64,000 bases of DNA from Trichosphaerium sp. ATCC 40318 (taxonomy: Eukaryota; Protista; Tubulinea), in contig JALMLS010000173.1 in assembly GCA_038496445.1 (NCBI GenBank), forward strand, positions 62,001-126,000, given 5' to 3'. The notes below the pieces were generated by a model, which was not told the DNA's origin, searched no databases, and saw only the letters and a list, made by a program, of their open reading frames with translations. Shown here piece after piece: positions 22,191 to 37,395 of the stretch. Positions within the stretch are counted from its first letter, which is position 1. Each line of letters starts with the position of its first letter. The position numbers and the translations under genes were made by a program.

Positions 22191-23599
22191 GGTTTTAAGT
22201 TAATCCAGGCTTAATTGTACAGTCAGCTTTACATTGAAACGTTCACAACATTAAATGAAGCGCTATAGTATTTAAAACTTCTAGATGTAGAATCTGCATA
22301 TAGCTTTGGTTCACAGTGTATTAAACAACAGGATTTTTATTAAAGAGTAGGAGTCTAGGAGGTGCAATGGTAAAAAAAAATTCTTGTTACGTTAACATAA
22401 TATTAGGCACGTGACCTGTTACTTCGCCGACTGACTTCAGGCTACGGTGAACGTAGTTTTATTGGTGATTGTTTTTAAAGGTTCTTTAGCCACTGTCCTA
22501 ACGTTCATATGATGCTATATTAGCAAGCTCGTTATGGAATCTGAATGAATTAGCAGCTTGTCCATGGAAATGAGGCTTGTTGTTATCAATGAAAGCCAAA
22601 ACATCACTCCGCTAAATCTATTATTGTAGCTGCATTGCATGAACTGTGGGTGTGAAATGTTGTCCTAAGATAAGTCAGCGATATGATCTTCAAGCTGTTT
22701 TCATCAACATACCGCCGCTGGAAGGAGCCTCCAATGAGTGTCGGTTTACAAAATAGATAAAAGCGTGGCGGCATTTAATTTCTGTCTTCGCACCTGCTGT
22801 CATTTCCATGGGTTATTCAACGACTGACCGCTGTACCTCACATTGCAGTGAGCTCAACAGTGAAATTACCTTAAGCACATGTTAAGTCACTGATTTAACA
22901 AGATGCACATCAACATTGACGACACATACCTCACGCGGAGGTACATAAACAACACAACACCAAAACAAAAGCCTAAACTGAAAACCAGGTTGTTTGTCGT
23001 GTTTTTAAACTAAATTGCCTAACATTATCTTTGAAGCTATCTTGTCTAAACGGTGACAAAGGTATACATATCATTCGCTCGTCAAAAAAAACACGTGTCA
23101 ATCGTAGTGCCACGAAAAGGTTTTTAATTTCTTGTGGGGTTTTGCGCTACTTTCGTGGAAACACTAAGTCTTTACCTTGCTCAATTTCTGAGGAATCGAA
23201 AGGTGAGTGTCTTTGTGGTGTATTTTGAAGAAACTATTAGTAAGGCTCCTAATCACGTTTCGCCAAGTACGATTTGACCTGAAATGACAATAATACTATA
23301 GGTTCTAAGTACGCATAGTTGGTGTTACGTAAGCACCAAGACCATAACTAAATAGAAGATTACGTGAAAAAGTATTTCTTCTGCAGTTTTTGCCAAGTGT
23401 CCGAACCTCCATTAATGCTATTTTATTTTACCGATTTGAATCACGTGTGCCTTTCCTTTTTGGCATGTAAGCGTAGAAATACATCCATTTCATGTTGACT
23501 CCCAAAGCTGTTGAAAAGGCCAAAGAGTTCAATATTTTAAGCCACATGTAATCTTGATATTCTCGCTAACTCTTGTTCAGGAATCAGATCAAAGAGTAG

Positions 23600-24343
23600 A
23601 TGTGCTCGTTATTGGATCTTCCATGTGAACTTCATTAAAAGTACATTTGTACTTTTAATTGTGAAGCATTCACAAAGTTTCATACACTATCAAAGACAAC
23701 TGCAACGAATACGCATATGGCGAGCTAAATGGTGAATTCATATGGCAAACGGAAACCTTAGAACTAGCCACGTACAACAATGGTGAACTGAATGGAGAAG
23801 TAAAAGAATGGCATGACAATGGACAACTTAAATTAATCAACAACTGGCTTGATAATAAGCGTCAAGGTGAATGCATAAAATGGTATGTAAACGGGAATCT
23901 TAAGGAAAAGCCTCTTGGCTTGATAACAAACTACATGGCGAATGCATTGTATGGTATGAAATGGGAATCTTAAGTCACAATGCTTAATCTGACTAACCAA
24001 CGTGGTGAATTCATTGTATGGTATGAAAATGGTAACCTTCACCAACAAAGCACTTATCAATGGTAAAATGGATGTAACGTTGAAACAGTGGTATGAGAAT
24101 GGACAACTTGAGTTACAAGGCATGTTTGTTGATGGTAAAGAAGGAGAAATGAAAGCATGGTATGACAATGGACAACTTATATTTGAGAGTATTTGGGCTT
24201 CTGGTGAACAAGTAGGAGAGATTAAACGATGGAATAAGAACGGAAAACCGAGAGAAGAAGTGAACAAAGAGATGCAGAAGTGGTTTGGTACTTTTCTTCT
24301 TCCACCAGCAACCACAACAGAAAGGACAAAGCAACATAACTGA
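23600..24343 (+). pseudogene. Frameshifted, stop-containing paralog of the F-box + MORN-variant gene
   Basis: 23568-23710 is almost identical to 1560-1700 but has a 2-nt insertion; WYxNG repeats downstream are broken by stops. Confidence 0.85.
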
Positions 24344-24732
24344 TAAGACCTTTACCACTGTTTGTGTAGCCTATAAAGATGAAATAGTTCACTTACTGGA
24401 CTGGAAACAAGAAATACCAGTGTGTTCTGCAACAAGGCAATTAAATAATCTAGTCATAGTTTAGAAAATCTAGTCAGTACGATACATGATAGCAATCTGC
24501 TAGATTAAGCCTTGTTTTCTCGGGTTTTAGCTCAGCCCGAATGAGACAGTTGTTGGTTAATGATATATACTTACATGATATACATACTAGTGTTTTTAGT
24601 GTTACAGTTGAGAATAAGTGGCATAGCTCTTAACAGAGGAAATGAGTAGACGAAAATAATTCAACAGTAAGCCACGTGTTTTGTTTGTAAAATATTTTAT
24701 TTATAAATAGGCAGGAACGAGTCGCATTCGAT

Positions 24733-27700
24733 TTACCAAGGTATATGATCAGTAACAGGAGCACATCGTTGGTTACCACTGCAGGTAGCTGTGACTATAC
24801 ACTTGTAACCCCAAGTAGCCCTTAAAACGAATATTAGGAAACGAACTTTTAACATCGGTTGAAAAAAGAACGCACTCAAGGAGCTCAACGCCACCTCTTC
24901 TGAATACTGTAGATTCATCTGGGTAAGTACTATCTTCCATATATCTTAATAATAGACTCGATTTAGATGTATCATAATAATACACCAAAGAGTCTGTCAT
25001 GTCCCAGACCTTTAACAGTTTAGTCAAAAACAATCAATAAACAACCTTTTTTTTCTGGCAGTTCCTAAAGACACGTACCTCTTGTGCTGATGAAACTTCA
25101 GTGATTGGTACATTATTACCCCATCTATCACATGATACAGTTACAGTAGTACCTGGTGGGTACTCAACACTATTTACAAGACCCTTATCATTAGAACGAT
25201 GGAAAACTTGTCCAGTAAAGTGCAGGACTTTCGGTGTCCCATCTTTGTACCACAAATGCCATCCAATGCCGTGCTCTAGAGGACCAGCAACACCTATTAA
25301 ATACGTTAATTATATGGACAGGAGTTTGTAAACTTGTTTTAATAAGTAACAAAATACCTGTGTTAGGAGTAATCACTACACTTCTTGGTGTGTTTATTTT
25401 TGGTCCAAAAAGTGTTGTTTTTCCAATATGATACTTAGTCCCTATTAGTGAGTTTTGAGATTCAATACAAAGCCGCGGTTGTAGAAGAAATAAAAAACTG
25501 TGAAAAGAAGAAGACAACGGCGAATGTTTGGCCAGATTAATTGTTTTCAGAGAAAAAAGTGATAAAATAACTTTTTAACCACTGGTTGCTTCGGTCGCTT
25601 CTGCTACCATTCTCTTTGTTTTAAATACCTTCGTCACCGCGCTCGTCTATGACTTGAAAGCTTCCATATAGCCCTGGAGACGAAATATCCATGTAGCCAA
25701 CTCGTCTTACATCAGAGCTATCCTCACAATACCATAACTTTAAAACAGTATGGAAAGTACAATCATCTCCAAAGTTCCACCAATCATTGGTGAATCCTGA
25801 AGATGTGCCCCATATAGTACGCTTATAAAATGATTAATTTACTGAAAAGATGGCAATGAATACGTACAACACCGTTACCAATGACAGTACCATCAAAGTC
25901 AACGAGATTCCAAAAACGCCAAGAACCTGTGTTTCTCTGTTCTGTAACCCTTGGATGTACACGATATTGTACAGGTATGTTATCGAACTGCATGTTAATC
26001 TGTGCACTGATACCCTAATATTTATATCAATAAAAAGAATACAGAAATCAACACAAGCGCAGCTGGCAGCACAACAATAAAAAAGCATATTTTAGCTCGA
26101 ACAAAATGAAAAAAATAACTTGCCTGCGGTTTAAAAAAGTCACTATGTGTAAGGGTATCGATAACATATCCAACTACATCTGGTTTCCTATTAACAAAAT
26201 ATAAGTAATTGTTTTAAGAGCACATAATGTGGCACAAGGAAGATACTGTTTGAACAGCAAAAAAGAAAGCAGAAAAAAGCAGAAGAAAAAAAGATGCTTT
26301 CGGCATGTACCTTGGATTCACGCCATAATTCTTTACAAGAACGTCAACTAGTATGACAGAAGAAAAAGTATCATAGTACTGAAAACCAAGATTAGTTTTA
26401 GCCCATTCACTATAAACAGCAGCATTGACATTATCTGTATACTGCTGTAAAATAACATGTTGCATAAGACCTGCACCAAATAACGTAGCAGCTAAAAAGA
26501 TACTCATCAGTACACGTTCCAAGCATATACACAAATAAAATGGATGATAATAAAGCAAGACAAGCCATAATAGAGGTTGCTGCTCCCAACTCAAACCGAA
26601 AACAGAAAAAAACTGTTTGTGAAGAGGCAAAAAAAAAAGTACTCCGTACATCGTTCAACATCGTATACTTCATAATTGGTAACCTCAGGCTTATGTCCCC
26701 AATGGTTAATACCAACACGACTAGCCCAAACTCTTGTATTATTAAAATACATTGATACAGTCTCGCCATTCAAATCCTTTGATATTCTCTCATGACGACC
26801 AGTATCATACTTTAATGTATCTGAAACTTGTGATGTATATTCTAGTTTACCTCCAACATATATACAAGCACCAAGGTCCCAGTATAACCCACCAGAGTGA
26901 CACTCATTACCATCAAATAATTTTAAAGGTCTCTCTGATGGTACAACCGGAGAATTCCTGTGGTTTCCGATTGGTTTTGCAAAATTAGGAAAAGTGAAAC
27001 CTGCAAAACCACCAGAAGCTGTGTTACCGATTATTGTATTCCAAGCATTTGGAATATAAAAGGCTGAAGCTACACAGTCTGCTGGTTGTATACGGTTTAT
27101 ATTACCAGTTATTACTGCACCACCTTGTCCTGCTCCAAGGTTTATTTCTCCTTGAGATTCCTATGACATAAAGTAAGGAAAGAAGTGCCAAGGGATTTTT
27201 TTGGTTTTTTCGAGAATTTCAAAGACGTCAAGAAAGAAATACTTATTGCTTCCAAAATATAATAATATAGTGCTAGTACGATTGGATTAAAGATAGTTGT
27301 GCTTAATATTTATCGCTTTTCCAAATAGTTCAAGTTTCAAGCGGTGTAGTTTCGGATTTTTGGAAATGTTATGTATAAGAAAACGTACAGGTGGATTTAT
27401 GAGACGTATGAAAGCGCCCATGTTGTATGATAGCGTATTATTCTCTTCTACACCATCTTCAAGGTAGTAACAATGTCCATATGTATCATAAGCAACATTT
27501 TCAGTTACCAATACATTATGGGAGCCTTACAAAAGATATTAGAAGTATACTAAAAAGAAATAATAAAAAAAATTATCTCACCATGCAAGGTCATACACCT
27601 AAAGTACGAGAAAGTAATAGCGTTATCAGAGAAGAAACTATTCTCGGTCTGACCAGCTAAATGCCTAATTAAAAGGGTGAGTAACAGAAGAATGAACTTA

Positions 27701-30700
27701 GAAAAACTAGAAAAACTTACATGTGGAATGGGTATCTTCCCAAGTGATTCAACTGACCCATACGAATAGTTCTTACACCTGATATACGCGCTTCATTACT
27801 CACTAATACGTGACCACCATATTGATCATCATGAGTGGAATTATGAGTCTGTAGTACGATCTGTCTAGAGAGAAGGCCGACCTAATATTTTGTTTAATTT
27901 CTTGACAGCTTGTCTTCCAAGAAAAACCACAGTCAACTAATTTGACACTAACGTACCTCGGCCTGATACTCTACACCAGCGTAGTGATAGAAAGATAATG
28001 GTTTATCAATGACTAGCTTATTGTCTATCACTGAAACTATAGTTCTTACTTCGTTCTCATGATGTTGTTCTCTATCAATATATATTGACGTTACAAATAC
28101 TATTTCTTGGCCAACTTCCCAGTTAACATTATCTCTAAGTAGAATCTTTGTGTCTCCTGGATAAACTAGAAAAGATGTCAGAATAGAAGTCTAAGAAGCA
28201 AAAGAACTAGAAATTTACAAAAGATAAGCGAGTTTTCAAAGAACATCACGTTTAAACCACGTGTGCACTTGTAGTAGTTCCCTCAAGGCGAGGCAAAAGA
28301 GATATGATAAATGAGTTAAATTGAGGAGTTATGCAAAGGGGTTAGTTAAGTGAGTTTTTTTTCTTTGCTGATTTTTTTGCGTAAAAGTTGTAGAAGGCTG
28401 AGTGTTTACTATTAAAAAAAGGTACGTACCTGTACGTCCAAGACGAGTCCAAGTAGGATAATATCTCTTTCCATGAATATCAAGTTCACCGTCACCAAAC
28501 ACAGCAATACCTTTACTAAACAGGGAGTTATTAAGAAAACTGACTGTTTTGCTAAGAAAAAAAACGAAAAGATCTTGTCTAGTATGCTCGTCTTCAGCGT
28601 ACGTTATTGTATCCTGCTCAAATTCTGATGATGGTTTTGCGCCATGGAAGATAATATTGATTTTTGACTCAAGCCTGCAAGTAGGACTACCAATCCTAAG
28701 GCGACCATATACAATTACTTTCTTAACATCAAGTTGAATTGGTTCATCTTTGAATATAAGTTCAGAAGTTTCTGGTACTGTAATAGACACGTATTGTTCT
28801 CCAGGAACGAAAGTATTTCCATTAACAAGAACCTGAAGTAGGAGAAGAAAAATCAATAAGAAACTCCTGTTGAGTTATAGCCCTTAAAAAGAAAAGGACT
28901 TACTTTGGCGTTCTGTGGTAGTGTGATTTCTTGATTAAACGTTGGTACACTACCACCCCAAGTGGATGAATCTTGCCACAAACTAAGTCCAGATTCATCA
29001 TGAGGACAATTTGATTGTTGGAAATCAGAAGCAGGAGGTTGAGGTCTAGACACAAAGTTAATAAAAAACATAAACAAGTTTATCAAAAAAAATACTTACG
29101 CCGTTCTCCTTTCAATACGTCTCTCATATAATGGTAGTAAATTAGTAATATAAGGCGTCTCTGGTGTTATGATATGCATATTCCTCATGACAAACTTTGT
29201 ATTTTGAATGACAGCAGGTGAAGACATAATAAGTCCAAAATAAGAAAGACCAGTATCTTTTGCTAAAGTAAACTTCAAAGTCTTTGTTTCCCACTCTTCA
29301 TTGCTATGGTTACCTGGTACAGTACCAAGAACTATGAACTAAGTTAGACCATTGTATAACTAATGCGTAGTACCTGTTTCGAACCAAATATCTGACTTTG
29401 AAACGTACATCTCGTAATCATAAATAGGTTCAAAAGCGGTTGATTTTCTCAAGAAGAAAGTAACATTATTGATGTGTGAATGCTTCACGAGCAAGATCAA
29501 TACCTTTGTAGGTATCATGCTAAACCGTAAAATTAGTTAATTTTGAAAACAAAAAAGGTGATAAAAATAGGATTAGACTCTGTACCTTTTGCACATACGT
29601 TGCTGCCTCATTATAAGCAGTATTTTCGAAATTGATAAGTACATCACCATCTTGTTCACTCTCAACAGCAGTACCCATCTGTGACTGCCAAGGAAATCCA
29701 GATATTGGCATTACTTGACTTGGTTGAACACCATCAATCACTGGAGCTTCAGTTGGAGGAGCCATGGTTGGAGGCGGACTGGTAGTTGGTGAATTCGTTG
29801 ATGAAGCCGTAGGTGGGTCGGTGGCAAGTCGCTCTAAGGACAGGACTGCGTCATCAATATAAAAGTTAACTCCTTTAAAAAAGCTGAGTTAGCGGAGCAA
29901 TACAAAAAGAGCCAAAATCCGGTACCTGCGTTTGGACCTTCAATGAAGATTCGTAGCTCTTTATACTGTTCTACAGGTAACATAATATACTCTCCTGATA
30001 GTTTAATCCACTCCATACCATTAAAAGTGCCTTCTTGAAGCGAAGGCCATAATGGTTGATCGTCTTGTAGAGTTACTCTAAAAAAACAGTTTCAAAAAAG
30101 TAATCTTAACTTTTGAGAACTATAAAGCCGTACGCTAAACCTGCTTTGAGTCTATGCATAGCAGGTGCATCAACATGTACGTATACTTCAAACTTAAAAG
30201 TATCTCCAGCCGTAGTACCCTCTGATTTTGCTATAGGCAGCAAATCAAAACCAATACCATGCCAGTAGTCAGAATTCCTATTTTTTCAAAAATCAGCGAG
30301 ATTTTCAGTTGTTACGAGATTAATAGCGATGTTTCAACTCAAACGCTGTCAAGCTGTTACGTAATGTAGTAATTCGCTCAGGTAATGTATCTTGAAAGGT
30401 ACATGATAAAGCCAAAAACAGATACTGAGTACAAAACCGGAAGGTGATTTCGTCGCGTTTTTCTCAATTTCTGAACATTAAACAACATCCACAAAGCGTT
30501 TATATTGATAGAAATGATACTTGACGCTAATTCAATAGAATTATTACGTACGCAGGTCGAGTTATTTTGACAGAATAGTCACCACTCCTTGTCATATTCG
30601 TAGTTGCCTCTATGTTAGTTGTAGGAGAACCAATGGCATACCAGCCCGTAATAACGTTGTTTTCAAAGTCTACATAATATTTGAGCTCAAATGACAAAGC

Positions 30701-30938
30701 ATTTAGTTTGACGCGTTGTTACTTCACATTGGGGCAATTGAGCGCGTGTTAACGTACCTCCATTAATTAAATTATTTACACAAGCTGTAGATGTATCTCC
30801 TGCGGTACACGTTGTAGTAGTGGTACCTGTGGGAGAGTTTGAATCTCTCGATAATACAACACCAAGCGTTGTTCCCACAATTACAACAGAAAACACCGCT
30901 GCCGCCGCTATGATTATGTACCAGTAGCGCGGTGGCAT
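24733..30938 (-). CDS. Large G8-domain / beta-helix protein (TMEM2/CEMIP-like core) with N-terminal membrane anchor; many introns
   Basis: YWYIIIAAAAVFSVVIVGTTLGVVL anchor; Pro/Thr linker; G8 block VYGRLRIGSPTCRL..IIFHG..GELDIHGKRYYPTWTRL; GRYPFH; GHCYYLEDGVEENN. Confidence 0.85.
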
Positions 30939-31536
30939 TTCAGGACTCTGATGAATTGTAGAACCAATTGACGTTTGTGGACTGTTGATCGAACTTCTCT
31001 GTGGACTTACTGGTGATCACCATAGCTAGAGTGCCGTAAAATCGCACTGTCGCAGAATTCTGCATGGCAACAACAAAATCGTTGTAAAACATGTAAACCC
31101 TTTGCGCGGTGTGTCCTCATTGGCGACAAACGTATAGGCCTGTAGCTTTTATGAAATTGGTGACGGGTAGACACTACTGCCATAAAGGCTCTGAGGAAGC
31201 TCCCCTTGCGTTCCGAAACGTTGTTAGTGCGGTACCGTGTTACACTAGCGTATCAAAACAAACGCCAATAGTTTAGACATACAAAACAGAGGGATACAGT
31301 CTAAAACGCTAAATTCTGGTATAAAATGACCGTTTGATAGAAAGAAACGAATTTAGCATGTTGTCGTTATTAGGAGTTTCTGGTTTTAAGTATTAATAGC
31401 AACACTAACGTGTTACAATCTTTCGTAAGTTATTATGTATTCCTTCCGGCCATTTTTGTACGAAAACAGATTTTGTCGTCCTTAACTTCATGAAGTTTGA
31501 AAACCAATTTGAATAACGTATGTGGCAATAACAAAC

Positions 31537-34500
31537 ATGTACTACGCTGTGGTGTTATTTATTAGCGCTTTGCTATTTGGCACAAGGTAAAACAAGTTCA
31601 TTCGCCTTCAATTCTGTATTGGTGGTGTATTTGACTCTCTGGTAGTTATTCCCAAACTCTATACGTGTCCCCGACCGCCACGACAACAAACGTTGATTGT
31701 ACCTTATCTTTGCCCTGCACATTAGAGGCAGCGTTAATACACCTCCACAACAATACCAATGGCGCAGGAGGCACAAACACAATCATTGAGCTTGCAAGCG
31801 GTATTTACACAGGCGATTCGTACAGAGGACTCTTTGTAGACGCAAAAGTACGACACCAACCAAGCCTTACCCAAAACGTCTCAATTTGACCAAGTCTCTT
31901 GTTTATTAAACAACATACTTGAAACGACAACAACCAACTCACTACAGACCATTTGTGCACATTTAGCGCCTTATTTCCGTCCTAACCCCGATTTTTTCTA
32001 GAATGTGCAAATAACAGGCACAGGCTCTTCTAGTACCATCTTTGATCTTGAACACACAAACAGGTATGAACCGTAACAATAAACCCTAATCTAGTGTTTC
32101 GTTCTTCTTGGTTTTTTTCCTTCTAACCCGATATGTTTTTTTTCAGGGCTCTTTCTATTGTTAATAAGGCGAACGTATCTATATCTGGTGTAACATTCAA
32201 AAACGGGGAAGCTCAACCTTTTCGCTCTTTTAGCGCTTATGGTGGCGTATTTCTCACTTTTGATGCATCTCTTACGCTCTCTGATGTCCGTATGTTGAAT
32301 AACAGCGCTCCAGGATTCTTATTTGATGGCCTTGGCGGGTAAGAGTGTTTTTTGTTTTCCAGATTTTTTTTTGTTTTGCTCAAACTTTCAACTAGCGCGG
32401 TTTGGGCACAAGACACAATCCTTAGCCTAGAAAATACTGAAATAATAGATAATACAGCCGGATTAGGCGGTGGATTCTACAGTACTGGAGCGAATGTAGG
32501 CGAAATGAGGGTTAGTGATGTTTTCCGAAACAAAATTTATTCGATTCATTTGATTTTGTGTCCTTTTTTATTACCCTGACTTTTCTTTTGTTTTAGAATG
32601 TTACATTTAGACGTAACAGAGTGAGAAACGGAGGTATGTTTGTAATGTTGTTTGTGAAAAATAATGGGTGAGTTAGGCTGGGCTGGAGGTTTCATACCCG
32701 AAGGAACATCTAAATGGGTTATTTTTGATTCGTTGTTTGAAGAAAATGTAGCTGAGTTCGGTGGTGCTATCGATGATGGTACGTTTTTTGGATCACGTGA
32801 AACAACAAAAAAAAAAGGGTGTTGTCTTATGCATTCATTTTTAGGTGATTCTGCTGATACAAGAATTGTTAATTCCGTATTCAGAGGAAACATTGGCGTA
32901 CGACTTATTATAATTTTTTTTTAATGGATCTTTTGTGGATTGTTTTTACATTTTTTAAATTTACTATTAAAAACATTGCGACGCTGTTAGAAGCCATTAT
33001 CACAGTTTTTAGTAGCTTTATCTTCAAATGTACCAGTATTGTTTTTTTCTTGTTTCGTCAAAATGTTGCTTCGTCTATTTCTCTTTTCTTAGCTTGTTGT
33101 AGATTACTGATGGCGGAGCTTATTTCGCTTTTTCTGCTACCAAAATGGTATTTGAGAATTGCTTGTTTTACAACAATTCAGCTGTTTCTGGAGGTGGTGC
33201 AAGGTTAGCTGTCTATTTTTGTTGTAATTTCCTTTTCATTATTTTTTTTTGTTTTGTTCAATTATCTTACTACTGCAACATAGAATAACTAGTTCTACTG
33301 ATGTTTCTTTCTTTAATTGCACGTTTGATAGCTGTGTGAGTAATCAGGGCGGTGCTGGTATGTAGATTGTTTTTATTTTTCAATTTCTTTTTTTTCAAAT
33401 TTGGGCTTTCTCACGCTACCACTAGTTACACTCAACTCTGATCAACCTACAATATTAACCAACTGTACCATACGAAACTGCTCAGCAAACCTTTGGGGTG
33501 GCGGTGTTGTCTATGGTGGAACTGTACGCTACAATTTGAAAAAAATACTGTTTCGCTAGGCTGTTGAAGCCTTCAAATTATTATCTATCTTAACGCTTAC
33601 AATAGGGTGACGCAATATTCACAAATGTAATTTTTGAAGAGAACACATCCCAAGGACCAGCAGGTGAGTTATTTTTAACAAAAAGAGGAAAACAGAGGCA
33701 ACTAACACGTTTTTTTAGCTGGACTTTATTTGGGAGGATCCCTTGCATTGTTAAACAATTGTACGTTGAGAAACAACGTTGCAAGACTTGCTGGCGCCGG
33801 TGTATATGCTCTTACTGGTACTGCATCAGTAACAGGAAGTTTATTTATTGGAAACAATGCGTTCAATGGTGCAGGTACTAACATAAAAGTTCTTCAAAGA
33901 AAAAACGTTGCAAGAGCTTAACCCTTTCTCTAGGTGCTGCTTGTGAGAGTGGAGCACTGAACATAACGTCTTCTGTATTCAGGCAAAATATTGCTTCAAG
34001 GTGCGTGTTGTTTCTTTCTGGTTAGTGTGCTTGGAACTAACAGAGTTGTTTAGAAACGGAGGTGGTTTTGGTGCTGTCAGTTCTTGTACAGCGTTCTTGG
34101 AGTAAGTAATTGAGCAAAAACCAATTCACATGACAAGCTTCTAATAATCCCTTTTTTGTTAGATCCATTACCTTTGAAGAAAATACTGCAAGAAGAGGCG
34201 GTGGCGCCTATCGTGACTTGTTTACTTCAGTACAAATGAAAGACATGTTGTTCAAAAACAATACAGCTTATCGTGGCGGTGGCTACTACATTGACACCTT
34301 GCTCACGTGTTCTGTACCAGTCCAAACTGGGGTCGTATTTGAATTCAATAGCGCTACAAGTGGTACGTATAGAGAGTATGATAGTTGGCCTTCTGTACTT
34401 ACTTTTCTGATTAGGAGGTGGAAGTCTTTGGGTTGAGTCTCCTGAAGGAGAATGTTATGATAGTTTTGAAAACGCAGTGTTCAGGAACAATTCTGGTCTA

Positions 34501-37107
34501 TATGGTAATAAATATGCATCCCCACCATATAGTATCGCTGTTACATCTGTACCTGATGGTGTGGCACCATCAGAACCCTTTCAGATTGTACGTTAAAAGA
34601 TAAAAAAAATACAGTCTTTTTTTTTTGTTAACTTTCTTCATAAAGGTAGTAGAAGCAAGAGATTACTACAATAACACTGTTTTTGGATCTTCTGATATAT
34701 TAATGTCTTTGGACTTGGCCGAGAATGATCAAAACGCTACTATAACTGGGTTACGATCAGTTGAAGTATCTTCTGGTGGCACAGCAGTCTTCAAGGTACA
34801 AAAGTTGTACAGAATTTCTATTGCTTATCTGTTTTTTTTAAAGGGCCTTATTCTTGCTGGAAAGCCTGGTTCTACCTTGACTTTAAATGTTGTTTCAGAC
34901 CCTGCTACGAAATTAACTACAACAGATATTACATTAGCACCATGCGATGATTCAACATTATTGTATGAAGACCGTTTTTGTCTCACAGAGCTCAAGGTAT
35001 GTGAAAAATCAAAAAAAAAGAAAATCTTCAAGATTTGACGTTCTGACTCTGACTTTTGTAAAAGATTGCTACTGGTTCTCGTATTTTTATTGCATTAGTT
35101 GCATTGGCAGCAGTTATCAATGTTTTGGTATTGATAGTACTTGTTGTCATCTACAGACATTCGATTGTGATCAAGTATTCTTCTTTTACTTTCTGTCTGC
35201 TTGTATTGTTTGGAAGTTTGATTTTAATTCTTTCAGTAACTTTATGGCTTCCTGATGTCGCTAGTTGGGTTTGTCCTGCAAGGTATGGATCACATGTTTT
35301 CGGGGTTTTTTACGCAGAATTTTTGTGCTTTTCGCTGTTTTTGAATTTTTCTGAAAGATTTGAGTTTATATGGTTATCTAATATCGGAATAGGGTATGGT
35401 CAGCGTTACTTGGTTTCTCAGTAATGTATGGTGCATTGTTCATGAAAGGTGTGAGGATTTGGAGAATGTTGAAAGTAAGCGAAGATAGTTTTTTTGTTGA
35501 GATAGGATAGGATTTTTTCCTTTGTTTTTCCTTTCTTGTCCATGTGTTGTATGTGGTTGCTGATACATTTATTTTTATAGTCTGGTGATAAACTTAGAGT
35601 TGTTACTTTCTCGACATTCCAACTTGTACGTCAAGTCTTTTTAAAGCGACGGTAAAGGAAACTCACTAATTTTTTTGCAGGTTCTCGCTCTCGGAGGTGT
35701 AATCGTACCAGTTATTATTGTATTGCTTATCTGGCAGTTTGTCGGATCCTATTCCGTAAGTATTTCTATGATTTGGTTATTTCTGTTGTTGTAACTTTAT
35801 TCTGTAGGCAGTGACAACTGTCGATATTCTGGATCTCACAAGTGCGTATTTCAAACTCACGTGTAAACTATTGCTTTTATTTTCTTACTTTTTTCACTTT
35901 AGCCACAACGAGATGTCGTGTAGGTCAACTAGCATTCCCTTGGTTGCTTGTTTTGTATTGCCTATGTATACTATCATGTTGTGTGTTTATAGCATGGGTA
36001 TCACATAAATATCCGGCGAACCACAATGAGTCACGCTCTGTATTTATTGCGGTACGCAAATTGTTTTACAAAAAAATATTTTTTTGGATTTGTTTAAGAA
36101 TACCTTTCATACTACACGTGCACATTCAAAATATCTCTAAAAATCCACACATACTTAAATAGTACTTGTAAACAATGTTTCATGGTTCATTTTTTTTTTT
36201 ACTGCCGACGAGGAGCGGGTTCTCTTTTTTTTTAAAATTATTCTTCATCTGACATTTTCTTCTTTTGTAGATTGCAGGTGTTGCCTTCATAGCAGTTATT
36301 ATAATACCTTTATTGTCTGTTAGTGATAATATGAATATAGAATTCTTTAGTCTTACGCTAGCCACAATACTTACAACTATACTATCTGTTAACATCATAT
36401 TCATACAAAAGTTCATTGAGACGTACCGTGAGAAAAATATAGAAAACAGATTAATGAAAAAGATTGATACATTAAAAGATAACCTACTCGTATTGGAGAG
36501 ACAGTTATACTATATACAAAATGAAGATGATGATGGCTTCCAAATACCTAAAGGAAACGCAGCAGGGCCAGCACCAAAGGGTAAAACAGTGGTACTCAAG
36601 AAGAAGAATGAAAAAGAAGAAAAAATCCAGAATTCTTCTTCGGATAAAAAAAAGGAGTGGTTACCAAGATCAAGAAGAGATTCAGCTAAAATAGACTATG
36701 TATGGCAAAGAACAAATAGTAGACGTAGTCATTTCGGTATTCACTCAGATGATGACTTAATTGCTGAGAAGGGAGGTGATGATGAAGAAGAAGAACCTCA
36801 AACAGATAATGATGATGATTATTTTTATGATAGTAACAAAACCAAAGAAAGTGATTCAACAACAGGAGATGAAGATACAGTTGAGTTAACAACAACAAGA
36901 AAAAAACCAGAACGTAAAAAGTCAAGAAATAGTAAAAAAACAGCTACACCTTCACCTTCACGTCCAAGACGTAAAAAAGGTTCTACTAGTACAAAAAAGA
37001 AGCCAAAGAAAGTAGCATCATCATCACAACGTAGATCACAATCAACAAGGCAAAAAAGTACTACAGTGAATCAAAAAAAGCTGAGGAAAAAATTATCAAT
37101 GAAATAA
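31537..37107 (+). CDS. Family-C-like 7TM GPCR with Pmp-type beta-helix ectodomain and long charged tail; many introns
   Basis: Signal peptide MYYAVVLFISALLFG; repeated FxxNxA..GG(A/G); TM region YRHSIVIKYSSFTFCLLVLFG..CPAR, YGALFMK..RIWR, KYPANHNES. Confidence 0.8.
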
Positions 37108-37395
37108 GAAAGAAAAAATGCCTCACTTCTTGGCTTATTGTATGTATGTATTTTACCAAAATGAAAAAAAAAGAAAAAGTTTACAAAGAAAAAAAGTGTT
37201 TTCAGATTTTTTGGCCTTTACGCGCGTAGATAATACTCGACGCGTAGATATTACGAGTGACTATTTGTATCCGTTTCAGGGCGTTGTGAGCGAAGGACAA
37301 AAAACTCTAATTGTGCTTGAGATCTATTTTCGCTGAAATGTCGTTTTAATGGAGCTTAACATTGAATTTGTTATTAACCGGCAGTTATCAATACA

